Positions 1 to 9,293 are shown, counted from the first letter of the stretch. The stretch is 32,000 bases of DNA from an uncultured Candidatus Babeliaceae bacterium (GCA_963704655.1 OY969927.1:465192-497191), one strand, 5' to 3'. A program made the numbers and translations. The notes: generated from the sequence alone by a model not told the origin.

Positions 1-407
1 CGTTGCATCCGAACTTCGGTATAACGCATAGCCGCTGCAGCATCACCATCAACAGAGCCCCAGTTTCCTTGGCCGTCTAAAAATGGATACCGTTTTGAAA
101 AGTCTTGAACCATGCCGACCATGGTATTATACACAGCGCTGTCTCCGTGTGGGTGGTACTTACCAAGCACTTCACCGACAACACGCACCGATTTATGGTA
201 TGGTCTGTTATAATGGAAACCAAGTTGATTCATGGTATATAAAACACGGCGATGAACCGGTTTAAGACCATCACGCACGTCAGGAATCGCACGGCTTACA
301 ATAACCGACATCGCATAATCGAGGAACGACTGCTGCAACTCATCTTCGATCAAGACCGGCTTAATACCCGATTTAAATACTTTTTCTTCTGACTGTCCTG
401 ATTCCAT
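1..407 (-). CDS. gyrA: DNA gyrase subunit A, N-terminal ~135 codons (gene continues past the window start)
   Basis: My reverse-strand translation from the ATG at 407-405 gives [60 protein letters not shown]...[16 protein letters not shown]...[26 protein letters not shown]. This is the canonical GyrA N-terminus. It is absent from the ORF track because no stop lies in the window. Confidence 0.9.
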   Translation of the reverse strand, partial: MESGQSEEKVFKSGIKPVLIEDELQQSFLDYAMSVIVSRAIPDVRDGLKPVHRRVLYTMNQLGFHYNRPYHKSVRVVGEVLGKYHPHGDSAVYNTMVGMVQDFSKRYPFLDGQGNWGSVDGDAAAAMRYTEVRMQ

Positions 408-607
408 ACTATGAACCTTCCGTTATACCAATTTCGCGGCATTTAGTTAATTTTTAGATTGTATCTAGTATATCTTAAAACAAGATAATACTAAAGAAAT
501 AGAACAAGGCCCAAGAGATCATGTATAGTTAAAAGCTCTGCTTTATAATTATAGAGTTGTGGTATAATAATTATTCAATTAATCAAACTTTAACAACATA
601 AAATTTC

Positions 608-1066
608 ATGAAAAAAATTTTTTTTACACTTTTGGCCATTTCACTCTGCGCTACACAATTGTTACAAGCTTTTGAAGAGTCAGATGCGCAAGATCACACA
701 ATTAAACTAACTGCAAATGGCAAAGTTTTTAACCCTCTTTATATTGCATGTATTATTAATAAAGATGGAAAACTTACCCCAGAAGATACGTGTCAGTACG
801 ATAGACAGCTCAATGAGAATTCATATTATTATTTCCATAAGCCCTTAGGTACAGAGTATCTTCTTATATCAACTTCAGAATTTACGTTGGAAGGTGACTT
901 TAGCCTTGAAAAAATACGCTCAAATAAAAATCTTCTTATACATAAAATTATGAATAGCCAATTTACAGAATTCGAAGCAATAATCTCGATGCAAGAAGAA
1001 AATGGTCAAATAAATCTTACACTCTATCCATTAACTATTCCTGCGCATAATCACCAAAACCGCTGA
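608..1066 (+). CDS. hypothetical secreted protein
   Basis: 152-aa ORF with an N-terminal signal-like segment MKKIFFTLLAISLCATQLLQA. No recognisable family. Confidence 0.55.
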   Translation: MKKIFFTLLAISLCATQLLQAFEESDAQDHTIKLTANGKVFNPLYIACIINKDGKLTPEDTCQYDRQLNENSYYYFHKPLGTEYLLISTSEFTLEGDFSLEKIRSNKNLLIHKIMNSQFTEFEAIISMQEENGQINLTLYPLTIPAHNHQNR

Positions 1067-1654
1067 ACTGATAAGTGCGGCAAAAAAGCACCAGACCGAT
1101 ACAAAATAAACCGTATAAAAAAGATATGCTATCAGGCACGAGCTGCCTATCAAGACACCCATGATTTTCATATATGGACGCGATGAAATGAAAAATGGCA
1201 AAATCGTTGCCGCGCAATATCCGCCTGCTAGAGCCACCCATAAAAACCCATAGGCAAACAATCCTCGCGCTGCGTCATATACTATATGGCAATCTTGTAC
1301 ATAAAAAGACAGGTCAGAGCTTACTAAGCCAAATAGTAAACATACCGATACTCCCAAACCGATAATGGTTAAGGCATAGAGCCAACCCTTCCTGGCATTA
1401 TCAGACTCGACCATCAGGCATGAAAAAGGGATATAAAAGGGCCAAACTATAAATGCAAAAAAGAGAAAGGTCAGAGCGGCTATAGGCCACTTATAGACCC
1501 ACACAAGCCCTTCAGCAAACTGCTGAATAGCAAAAAATACCGGTATAAGCGCCATGACAAACCATTTTCGGTCTTTTACCGACATTACACTCAATAACCC
1601 AATAACACCTAATACGCCACTGGCAATAAAACTTGCTGATGCTGAAAAACACAT
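1031..1654 (-). CDS. hypothetical polytopic inner-membrane protein
   Basis: 207-aa ORF made almost entirely of hydrophobic helices (about 6-7 TM segments). Its 3' end overlaps the convergent ORF 608..1066 by 36 nt. Confidence 0.6.
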   Translation of the reverse strand: MCFSASASFIASGVLGVIGLLSVMSVKDRKWFVMALIPVFFAIQQFAEGLVWVYKWPIAALTFLFFAFIVWPFYIPFSCLMVESDNARKGWLYALTIIGLGVSVCLLFGLVSSDLSFYVQDCHIVYDAARGLFAYGFLWVALAGGYCAATILPFFISSRPYMKIMGVLIGSSCLIAYLFYTVYFVSVWCFFAALISSAVLVIMRRNS

Positions 1655-1673
1655 TTTTAACCCCTTTTTTTAA

Positions 1674-1823
1674 CCGCTTAATACTTCGACTAGCTCAGTA
1701 TGAGCGGTTTTTTTGTGATTTTTACGTCCAAGTCGCTCATCCTGATACTTCGACTACCTCAGTACCAGGGGCCCGCCTGCCCGCCGAAGCTTTACGCGAA
1801 GGCTGGGTCGAAGGGTTGGCGAC
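1674..1823. repeat. ORF-less cluster of GC-rich palindromic repeat modules, same family as the GIY-YIG element arms
   Basis: Contains ccgcttaatacttcgactagctcagtatgagcgg. Also contains gtcgctcatcctgatacttcgactacctcagtaccaggggcccgcctgcccgccg...gtcgaagggttggcgac. It shares catcctgatacttcgac and cagtaccaggggcc.gcccgccg with the arms at 17148-17393 and 23474-23640. Confidence 0.7.
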
Positions 1824-1973
1824 TATCTAAGATCTTTGTTTTAAATGTAAAAACTATTCTACTTACACCTTAATATAGTAATACTAATTAACTCAATACT
1901 CTGCCGAAATTGACAATTTGCCATTATTGCCTATAATTAAAGATAACTTAACGTTCGTAAATCTGGAAAATAT

Positions 1974-2879
1974 ATGAAATTAAAAAGCTTTTTTGGCATA
2001 CTTTTTTGCGGTTCACTGCTCTTTTTTGGCTATTGTCTCTGGGTATTTGGTGCATTAACCACAATAGACCAGCAGTTTGAGATAAACACCCGTTTTAAAG
2101 ATAATGACCTGCATAACTGGCTCGCGCCACAGCGTAAACAAAACTTACTTTCACGTTTTAGTGAAAACCGCGCCTCGGAGACAGAACCACACTATATTAA
2201 GCCTTCTGTTCTGCAAGAATGCATACTTTCAGACAAACCCTGCGTTGATATGCTAGCTTCAATAGCGCCGCAACGCATTTTCTGGAAAACTGCAGCAGAT
2301 ATCTATCTTGAAAAAGAGCAGATACAAAAAGAGCTTTTTAAAGCATTAAAATCGGGCAAAATCAAAGACCGCTTTGGAAAAAAGATTCAATGCAAAACGC
2401 TTGCTGTTACTGCATTACAGGAAGAACAAATTTTGCTCACCGCTGCGCTTACAAAGTTGCCGTACCATTACAAATATTTTGGTGGATTATACAACGTGTG
2501 GAACTATTCACCCGTTACCTTCTTTACCTTTTTACACTATTCTCGCTTTATATCCGGCCTTCCAGAATGGATCAAAAGCCCACTTAATAGCCTTGCTTCA
2601 TGGTACATGACGTCTAAATATCCAGAAATTAAGCACGAAACAAAAAAAATTATTAAAAAGAAAACCTTTTGGTTCTTTCACTGGGTGGTTGAATCACGCG
2701 TAGAAAAAACGTTTGATAAGATTCAAAGTAAAGCGGAAAAACATTCGTATATTCACGACTATTCACCGTACTATCATAAGCTTCAATACGATTTCGATCT
2801 TGAAGCAAAAAATATTTATAGCGAACTCGTTCGCTTGATTGAGCGCAACAAAGCGTTACAAGAAATTTTACTCAGTTAA
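1974..2879 (+). CDS. hypothetical protein with N-terminal membrane anchor
   Basis: 301-aa ORF with an N-terminal hydrophobic segment FFGILFCGSLLFFGYCLWVFGAL. No family recognised. Confidence 0.55.
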   Translation: MKLKSFFGILFCGSLLFFGYCLWVFGALTTIDQQFEINTRFKDNDLHNWLAPQRKQNLLSRFSENRASETEPHYIKPSVLQECILSDKPCVDMLASIAPQRIFWKTAADIYLEKEQIQKELFKALKSGKIKDRFGKKIQCKTLAVTALQEEQILLTAALTKLPYHYKYFGGLYNVWNYSPVTFFTFLHYSRFISGLPEWIKSPLNSLASWYMTSKYPEIKHETKKIIKKKTFWFFHWVVESRVEKTFDKIQSKAEKHSYIHDYSPYYHKLQYDFDLEAKNIYSELVRLIERNKALQEILLS

Positions 2880-2915
2880 TTTAAAAATAATTAAGAATTA
2901 TATTTAGGGACAAAT

Positions 2916-3887
2916 ATGATTAAAAAGACAGTATTTATACTTATTACATTGTTATGTGTATCACAAGATACGCATGCAGCTGGCTTTTTTAATAAAGCCG
3001 CACGCGGATTATACCATACCACTAAATGGGGCCTTATAACTGCACCTTTTGTAACTGCCGGAGTGGGTTTTGCAGGCTATAAATATATAGAGCATAAGAA
3101 CCCTGAATTGCACTTAGCGTTACAATCAGATCTAGGCTTTGGATTTGCGCTTGATAAAAATACCTTACAAAACTTAATTGAATCATCTTCTGATGAAGAA
3201 GCGGCAAAGTTACGTAACATACATAACTACGTCAGAGAAAAGGCTTCAAAACAGTTGGGCGTCCCCCAAGAAAATATTATTGTAAAGGCTGACTCTAGCC
3301 GCCCTACGGGTTATCGCACGTTTAAAAAGAATAATAACACGTATCATATTATTAATTTAGACTTGAACAATAATGATGGCCTGAATTTACAAGAAAGTTT
3401 TTCTAGATATCTTGAAAATAATGAATCTACGCCTGCACCATGGATAATAAGTCACGAAATCGGGCATGGATTATTCCAGCATGGTAAATATTCAAAATAT
3501 CTTGGATTAGGTTCACTTATAACATCATATGTTGCAGGATGCTTGCTTTTAAAAAAGGGTAATGCACTTTCTATAAACAAAAACAGCTCAACTTTTTCAA
3601 TTTTAGCCAAAACTGTCACAGCTACAACATTAGCACCAACCACAATTGCAGTTGCTTATCATGTAAAGACGAAGATAAGTAGAAAAAACGAATGGCAAGC
3701 AGACAACTATGCTATTAATGATTTAAAAGATCCAGATATTTTTGAAGCCACCGCTGTTATGTTTGATAAGTACCATGAAACCATGCAAAATTCTGGAGCT
3801 ATGGACCCTTTACACCCAGAGCCTAAAGATCGCGCACAAAATCTAAGAATTGCTGCAGCAAAACTGCGTAAAGAACAAGCGAAATAA
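2916..3887 (+). CDS. M48-like zinc metalloprotease, signal peptide plus TM segments
   Basis: Carries the HExxH motif (WIISHEIGHGLFQH) and a downstream E-x3-AD-type motif (NEWQADNYAI), as in M48/HtpX-Ste24-type peptidases. N-terminal signal is MIKKTVFILITLLCVSQDTHA. Confidence 0.65.
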   Translation: MIKKTVFILITLLCVSQDTHAAGFFNKAARGLYHTTKWGLITAPFVTAGVGFAGYKYIEHKNPELHLALQSDLGFGFALDKNTLQNLIESSSDEEAAKLRNIHNYVREKASKQLGVPQENIIVKADSSRPTGYRTFKKNNNTYHIINLDLNNNDGLNLQESFSRYLENNESTPAPWIISHEIGHGLFQHGKYSKYLGLGSLITSYVAGCLLLKKGNALSINKNSSTFSILAKTVTATTLAPTTIAVAYHVKTKISRKNEWQADNYAINDLKDPDIFEATAVMFDKYHETMQNSGAMDPLHPEPKDRAQNLRIAAAKLRKEQAK

Positions 3888-3895
3888 TTATAATA

Positions 3896-3955
3896 CCCGC
3901 CCCTTTTGTTACATTCTTCTTCGCCACAGGCTCGAAGAATATTCAGGGTGCACGG
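3896..3955 (+). repeat. solo hairpin repeat unit, same type as the units flanking the GIY-YIG gene at 9389-9709
   Basis: cccgccccttttgttacattc-[ttcttcg ccacaggct cgaagaa]-tattcagggtgcacgg. The flanks match CATTC...YTCAGGRTGCACGG of units 9294-9340, 9361-9420 and 9731-9781, but the 7-bp stem sequence is different. Confidence 0.6.
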
Positions 3956-4012
3956 TATATAAAATTAAGTTAATTTAGAAATAATTAAAAATTATAACTG
4001 GGAGGTTATACC

Positions 4013-4927
4013 ATGAAAAAGCATTCAATACTTTTACTACTTACTTTAGTAACGCGCGTATGGGGTTACCAAATAACATCATCACATATCACCCCTATCG
4101 CAGATTTTGATGCGCTTAAGCAACAGATTATCGCGCAACCAGAACAAATAGTTACCACAACGCATACTCTTTCACATCAAGCAAAAGCTATCAAAAACGC
4201 TTCTGCATTCCAAGATTGGATTAATGCAAACGAACCGAATTGCCCAATAGCATTGTTAAGTGAATGCACCGGCACAGGCTGTGGGTTATCGCGCCTTGAT
4301 GCTCATCGCCACAAAAGAAATAAGTTCGATGAATACGCTGCAACACGTTTGGCAGAAACAAAAACTGCTACGGGTATCGTAAACTATGTAAGCTTTGCTG
4401 CAGGCGGCGGATTTACCGACTTACGGATTATAACACTTGCTCATGAATTAGGCTTAAAAAGCGTTACTATTCACTTAATAGATCTTACCTATGCATCATG
4501 CATTACTAAGCTCAAATCACTTCATACTCATGATATCATGGCTGTTGCCAAGACAAGCTCGGTCTATCGTGGACACAGCATGAAAGAGTTTATCACCTAT
4601 GTTACGCACCTTTTTGGCGCTGATAATGTCCAGGTGCATATCTATGGCTCGGGGCAAGAATATTTAGATACCATAAAGACATTGGGTGCATACTCGCCAG
4701 ATCTTATTATTGGTATTGATTTTGACCCGTCAACAAAGATCTATAAAGCGTGTATACATGACTTTGTTAAAATCATAGAAAATGGATCATCCCAGGCGCT
4801 GCATTTACATGGTAATGGTATATTCCATATCGCACCAAAAGGTTTGCCCATCAAACTCGATTTTCCGCGCGATTTAATAAAAAATCGATATAGTAAGAAC
4901 TTAATCAACCACTGTATATTATTTTAA
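4013..4927 (+). CDS. hypothetical secreted protein, possible Rossmann-like glycine-rich motif
   Basis: 304-aa ORF with signal-like MKKHSILLLLTLVTRVWG. The segment VNYVSFAAGGGFTDL...IHLIDL weakly resembles methyltransferase motif I and the acidic end of beta-2. This is not decisive. Confidence 0.5.
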   Translation: MKKHSILLLLTLVTRVWGYQITSSHITPIADFDALKQQIIAQPEQIVTTTHTLSHQAKAIKNASAFQDWINANEPNCPIALLSECTGTGCGLSRLDAHRHKRNKFDEYAATRLAETKTATGIVNYVSFAAGGGFTDLRIITLAHELGLKSVTIHLIDLTYASCITKLKSLHTHDIMAVAKTSSVYRGHSMKEFITYVTHLFGADNVQVHIYGSGQEYLDTIKTLGAYSPDLIIGIDFDPSTKIYKACIHDFVKIIENGSSQALHLHGNGIFHIAPKGLPIKLDFPRDLIKNRYSKNLINHCILF

Positions 4928-4966
4928 AAAATTCCCCTATAATAATCACGTAAAAACAGATCCATT

Positions 4967-5536
4967 ATGCATATTACTAGGGGATTCATGAAAAATGTTA
5001 CAATAAACTATAAAAGTTATTTCTTTATAGTTCTTGTATCCAGCTTAATTCAAACATCGCGTATCGTAACTAAACCTATCGTTGCAACTGACTGCACAGC
5101 ACGCTTTCGACAAATCACGGGTTTTAATAACGCTGATTACACTATTGAATCAAGCTATTACCCAGATCATAAAATTACTGAAGTAGAGGTATTTCAAAAT
5201 AACCCCAAAATGCTGGTTGCAGAGGTAATAACAGAAGAAAAAACATTTGAAGATACGCCTTATGGATATATAAGCAATTTAAGAGTTTCCAATAAGCATA
5301 ATACTATGGGTATAGACAAAGCCCTTATTAAATACTTGCTCGCTATCAATCGTAAAAAAAGACTAAAATGCACCCTAGTTGTTGCCGAACAGCCCCAACA
5401 TGCGTTTTACAAAAATATCGGGTTTGAACTTTATGGAACTGAAGACGGATTCAGCACTTTAAGATATATACATGCTCGATATGCATTTATTGAAAAAATT
5501 TACAATTCACGGTTGCTTCAGTATGCTTTAAGATAA
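4967..5536 (+). CDS. GNAT-like acetyltransferase with N-terminal hydrophobic anchor (start more likely at 4988)
   Basis: ISNLRVSNKHNTMGIDKALIKYLL...FYKNIGFELYG resembles GNAT motif A and the C-terminal FY..GF. The ATG at 4988 is preceded by agggga. The ATG at 4967 has no SD. Confidence 0.5.
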   Translation: MHITRGFMKNVTINYKSYFFIVLVSSLIQTSRIVTKPIVATDCTARFRQITGFNNADYTIESSYYPDHKITEVEVFQNNPKMLVAEVITEEKTFEDTPYGYISNLRVSNKHNTMGIDKALIKYLLAINRKKRLKCTLVVAEQPQHAFYKNIGFELYGTEDGFSTLRYIHARYAFIEKIYNSRLLQYALR

Positions 5537-5587
5537 ACAAACTTTATAAAGCTTATTAGTGCATTAACGCAGCACGCATCAGGAATC

Positions 5588-7426
5588 ATGGACCTAAAAA
5601 AAATTAATCTTAAAGATTTTACACCCGATAGAATTAGAAACTTTTCTGTAATCGCACATATCGATCATGGCAAATCAACGCTGTGTGACAGGCTTCTAGA
5701 AATTACCGGCACCCTTTCAACCCGTAACAAGAATGAACAGTTTCTTGATAAACTGCAAGTTGAAAAAGAGCGCGGGATTACCGTTAAAGCACAATCTGCT
5801 TCAATGTTTTATGAGTATAAGGGCCAAACTTACCTTTTAAACTTAATCGATACCCCCGGCCACGTTGATTTCAACTACGAAGTTTCTCGTTCATTATACG
5901 CCTGCCAAGGGGCATTATTGCTCGTCGATGCTAGCCAAGGCGTGCAAGCACAAACTATGGCAAACTTTTATTTAGCCTTTGACCAAGATTTAACGATTAT
6001 CCCGGTTATTAATAAAATCGATATGGCCCACGCCGAACCAGAACGCGTAGAAGAAGAGCTTAAAACGCTTTTTGATTTTGATAAATCACAAGTATTACGC
6101 GCATCAGCTAAAGCCGGTATTGGGGTTCATGAAATCTTAGCCGCTATTATTGAGCGCATCCCCGCACCCGTAAGCAAGACAGAAGAGCCCCTTAAAGCGC
6201 TTCTTTTTGATTCATGGTATGACGAATACAAAGGGGTAATCTGTTTAATAGCTGTTAAAAATGGCGCCATTAAAAAAGGCGACCAAATTACTCTTGCTTC
6301 TACTGATAAACAATACGAAGTTTTAGAAATCGGGCTCATGTACCCGGACCAAATGCCCACTGATGCATTATATGCAGGGCAAGTTGGTTATGTTATTACG
6401 GGCATGAAGACCGTACGTGAAGCGCGCGTTGGTGATACGATATTTAACGCCCGACTACAAAAGCAACTACACCAAATGCCCGAACCTGGCTTTAAGCCGT
6501 CAAAACCGATGGTTTTTGCAGGTATTTACCCTGTTGAAGCATCAGATTTTGAATTATTACAAGATGCGATAGAAAAATTAACGCTTAACGACGCCAGTGT
6601 TAAAGTTGAAAAGAAAAGTTCGATTGCATTGGGCCTTGGTTTTCGGTGTGGATTTTTAGGATTGTTGCATATGGATGTCTTTAAGCAGCGTCTTGAGCAA
6701 GAATATAATATGAACGTTATTGCAACGGCACCAAGCGTACTTTTCAAAATTGTTATGAAGTACACCAATGAAACGGTTACCATTGAAAGCCCTTCAGATT
6801 TTCCTGATGTTCAACAAATTGATCATGTATTAGAACCGATTATCGATGCAACTATTTTAGTACCCAAAGAATATCTTGGCGCTATTTTAGCCTTGTGTGA
6901 AGAAAAACGCGGCATTCAAAAAGAACTTTCTTACTTAAATGAACAGCGTATTATTTTACGGTACCGGTTACCACTTAATGAAGTTGCCACTGATTTTTAT
7001 GATCAATTAAAATCACTCAGCTCCGGTTATGCAAGTTTAGATTATGAAGAAGCTGGCTATCAACCGGCAGATTTAGTTAAAATGGATATCTTGCTTAATG
7101 GAAAAGCGGTTGACGCCCTTTCAAGCATTGTTCATGAAGAAAGTGCTCAACGTGTTGGGCGTGAAATTGCAGAACAATTACGAAAAGCGATCCCGCGCCA
7201 GATGTATGAGGTTGCTATTCAGGCTGCTATTGGTGCAAAAGTTATTGCACGTGAATCGATTTCTGCATTACGCAAAAACGTTATAGCAAAGTGTTACGGT
7301 GGTGATATAACCCGAAAACGTAAACTGTTAGAAAAACAAAAAGAAGGTAAGAAAAAAATGAAGCAAGTGGGCAACGTAGAAGTTCCACAAGAAGCTTTCT
7401 TATCGATATTAAAAAAAGAGAGTTAA
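5588..7426 (+). CDS. lepA: translation elongation factor 4 (LepA)
   Basis: 612 aa with G-domain motifs AHIDHGKST, DTPGH and NKID. The LepA-specific C-terminus is present (YGGDITRKRKLLEKQKEGKKKMK). Confidence 0.95.
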   Translation: MDLKKINLKDFTPDRIRNFSVIAHIDHGKSTLCDRLLEITGTLSTRNKNEQFLDKLQVEKERGITVKAQSASMFYEYKGQTYLLNLIDTPGHVDFNYEVSRSLYACQGALLLVDASQGVQAQTMANFYLAFDQDLTIIPVINKIDMAHAEPERVEEELKTLFDFDKSQVLRASAKAGIGVHEILAAIIERIPAPVSKTEEPLKALLFDSWYDEYKGVICLIAVKNGAIKKGDQITLASTDKQYEVLEIGLMYPDQMPTDALYAGQVGYVITGMKTVREARVGDTIFNARLQKQLHQMPEPGFKPSKPMVFAGIYPVEASDFELLQDAIEKLTLNDASVKVEKKSSIALGLGFRCGFLGLLHMDVFKQRLEQEYNMNVIATAPSVLFKIVMKYTNETVTIESPSDFPDVQQIDHVLEPIIDATILVPKEYLGAILALCEEKRGIQKELSYLNEQRIILRYRLPLNEVATDFYDQLKSLSSGYASLDYEEAGYQPADLVKMDILLNGKAVDALSSIVHEESAQRVGREIAEQLRKAIPRQMYEVAIQAAIGAKVIARESISALRKNVIAKCYGGDITRKRKLLEKQKEGKKKMKQVGNVEVPQEAFLSILKKES

Positions 7427-7431
7427 TAGTT

Positions 7432-8487
7432 ATGGTCAACGAACAATTCAATGGTAATATCGTTATCTTTCAGGCATTTGATGTGGGTGACGATATCAAC
7501 TTCTCAAAAGTTCTTAATGAAAAAATGCTCCCGGTTTTACCGTCCCAGTATTCAAAATACTTTAAGAACTATCATATCCCGTTAACGGTGGCGCCTTCGT
7601 TACTTGACCCAAAAATTACCTGCAATAACGCCAAGTTGCATAATTTTGGTGTTATTACGCTCAGATATCAGATCCCTTTTAGTTCGACCTTTGAAGATTT
7701 AAAATCAGAAATTACTGCTATCGATACGCGTTATGAAACACAAAGTTTAAATGACGCGTTCTTTATTTTTAATAAAATTAAGGGCGCCGTTAAACAATCA
7801 AACTTTTTCCACTTACGTAAGTCGTATACGGTAATCCAAGTTAACCCACAACAAAAATATGATGTGGTAAATTTTAAAGATACGTTTGGCAGTATTATCG
7901 CCTCAACACTGCGCTTTGAAACAGAGACACTGTCTGAATACCAAAAAAATGAGATCTTAGCATCTGCTTTTGGCTATTACCGTGGTGATCTTATTATTGT
8001 CGATACAGAAGCGGCATGCGTATATGACGACGAATATGAAGACATTTTGGAGCTCTTTGAGTTTGCCAATATGCAGCAGCTTGAATTACAGTATTTTGAC
8101 CGCGTATTGGATAAACAGCTCAATACCGTGTATGAACGTCAAGTTAAAGCCCCGCCATTTCGGTCATATCTGCCCTTTATCTCTGCTACAGAAGGCGACC
8201 CAATTGGCGACCTTGAAAAACTTAAAGTAGATATTTCAGTTATTACTGAAAGGCTTGAAAACAGTATCAAAGTTGCCGGCGAAGCTTATTATTCTGAACT
8301 GTACCAGCTTTTAACTGAAAAGCTTGATCTGCAAAATTGGAAAGAGTCTATTAACCGCAAGCTGTATATTATTCAGGATATTGCTACGGTGTACCAAAAC
8401 AAAATTGACGCCGTGCGTGGTGATATTTTATCAGTTGCGATTATTATCTTAATCGCCCTTGAACTGGTTATTTTGATTATTAAGTAA
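7432..8487 (+). CDS. hypothetical C-terminally membrane-anchored protein (possibly RMD1/DUF155-like)
   Basis: 351-aa ORF starting 5 nt after the lepA stop. It has a single C-terminal TM segment (ILSVAIIILIALELVILII). The family assignment comes from memory of architecture only. Confidence 0.55.
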   Translation: MVNEQFNGNIVIFQAFDVGDDINFSKVLNEKMLPVLPSQYSKYFKNYHIPLTVAPSLLDPKITCNNAKLHNFGVITLRYQIPFSSTFEDLKSEITAIDTRYETQSLNDAFFIFNKIKGAVKQSNFFHLRKSYTVIQVNPQQKYDVVNFKDTFGSIIASTLRFETETLSEYQKNEILASAFGYYRGDLIIVDTEAACVYDDEYEDILELFEFANMQQLELQYFDRVLDKQLNTVYERQVKAPPFRSYLPFISATEGDPIGDLEKLKVDISVITERLENSIKVAGEAYYSELYQLLTEKLDLQNWKESINRKLYIIQDIATVYQNKIDAVRGDILSVAIIILIALELVILIIK

Positions 8488-8509
8488 ATAATGCGCTTTG
8501 GCGCACCAC

Positions 8510-8545
8510 AAAAAAAGGGCCCTGAAGTTTCAGGGCCCCTTTTAT
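8510..8545. terminator. bidirectional intrinsic terminator between convergent genes
   Basis: aaaaaaa-gggccctgaa-gt-ttcagggccc-ctttta. This is a 9-10 bp GC-rich stem flanked by an A-run and a T-run. Confidence 0.7.
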
Positions 8546-8566
8546 CAATATCTATCTTCTTTACTA

Positions 8567-9106
8567 TTACTTCTTCTCGCACGTAAAAACTAAATGTCCC
8601 GGATAACCGCCTGAAAAGAATGGTTTAATTTTCTCATCGGTATAAAGTTTTGCATTCAGTGTCCCGCAAGCTTGACTTGCTAAAATATTAATCAAGCCTT
8701 CATTTTTTTTATCTATACCAGGCTTTAAAGGTTCTTGTGTAATAGCATAGAATTTATCAGCCACAGGCTGTATTACCCAGTTTATAGTTGAATCATTCGG
8801 ATTGCTTGTCCAACGCGCAACTTTTAATTTTTGAAGCGGCTTTGCGGTAACCTTATTAGCAGAATCAATGCTTACCAATCCAGCACCAAATTGCGCACAG
8901 AGTGCACGCGCATCAGCTTCGGCCATATTTGGCTCCACCACATCAGACTTACTAAGCATCTTTACATGTGTATGATCGACTGTGATAGTAAACTGATCTC
9001 CTAACTGGGGCTGGAAATAATAATCTGCATTGTATACATCAGGCATACCACCAGCCTGCAAACCTACAGCTGCAAACGAACAGAGTAATAAAAATAACTT
9101 TTTCAC
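8567..9106 (-). CDS. hypothetical secreted protein (GTG start)
   Basis: 179-aa ORF with signal MKKLFLLLCSFAAVGLQA. AGGAGA lies 5 nt upstream of the GTG at 9106. Confidence 0.6.
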   Translation of the reverse strand: MKKLFLLLCSFAAVGLQAGGMPDVYNADYYFQPQLGDQFTITVDHTHVKMLSKSDVVEPNMAEADARALCAQFGAGLVSIDSANKVTAKPLQKLKVARWTSNPNDSTINWVIQPVADKFYAITQEPLKPGIDKKNEGLINILASQACGTLNAKLYTDEKIKPFFSGGYPGHLVFTCEKK

Positions 9107-9242
9107 AACATTCTCCTGAATTTATAAAATTAACACTATATATCTATAAATTCAGGTTAACAAAGAATATCGATAAAAATCAAGAGTTTTAATATAAGAG
9201 ATAATTGATTTTATATTAAAAACTTAAACAAAATTATTATAT

Positions 9243-9287
9243 TTACTCATAAACAGCGACTTTTGCCGGGCGGAGGATCACTGTCCC
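9243..9287 (-). pseudogene. orphan duplicate of the last 14 codons plus stop of grpE
   Basis: The minus strand reads GGG ACA GTG ATC CTC CGC CCG GCA AAA GTC GCT GTT TAT GAG TAA, which is GTVILRPAKVAVYE*. This is identical in protein to the real grpE end at 9794-9838. The two differ at 5 nt, all synonymous third positions. Confidence 0.8.
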
Positions 9288-9293
9288 CTCAAT

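Noticed and set aside
83-265. 60-aa plus-strand ORF at the window start, and other short ORFs nested in or antisense to large genes (for example 6127..6360, 24140..24585, 27673..28303)
   Set aside because: They lie inside, antisense to or out of frame with well-supported conserved genes (gyrA, lepA, mutS, uvrA). They have no motifs or translation signals.
1633-1830. 65-aa ORF in the track (also 9263..9511 and 23564..23800) reading through GC-rich repeat modules
   Set aside because: These ORFs lie entirely in palindromic repeat DNA and have no SD. Their peptides are the typical read-through products of such repeats, and the repeats occur in both orientations. I treat them as non-coding.
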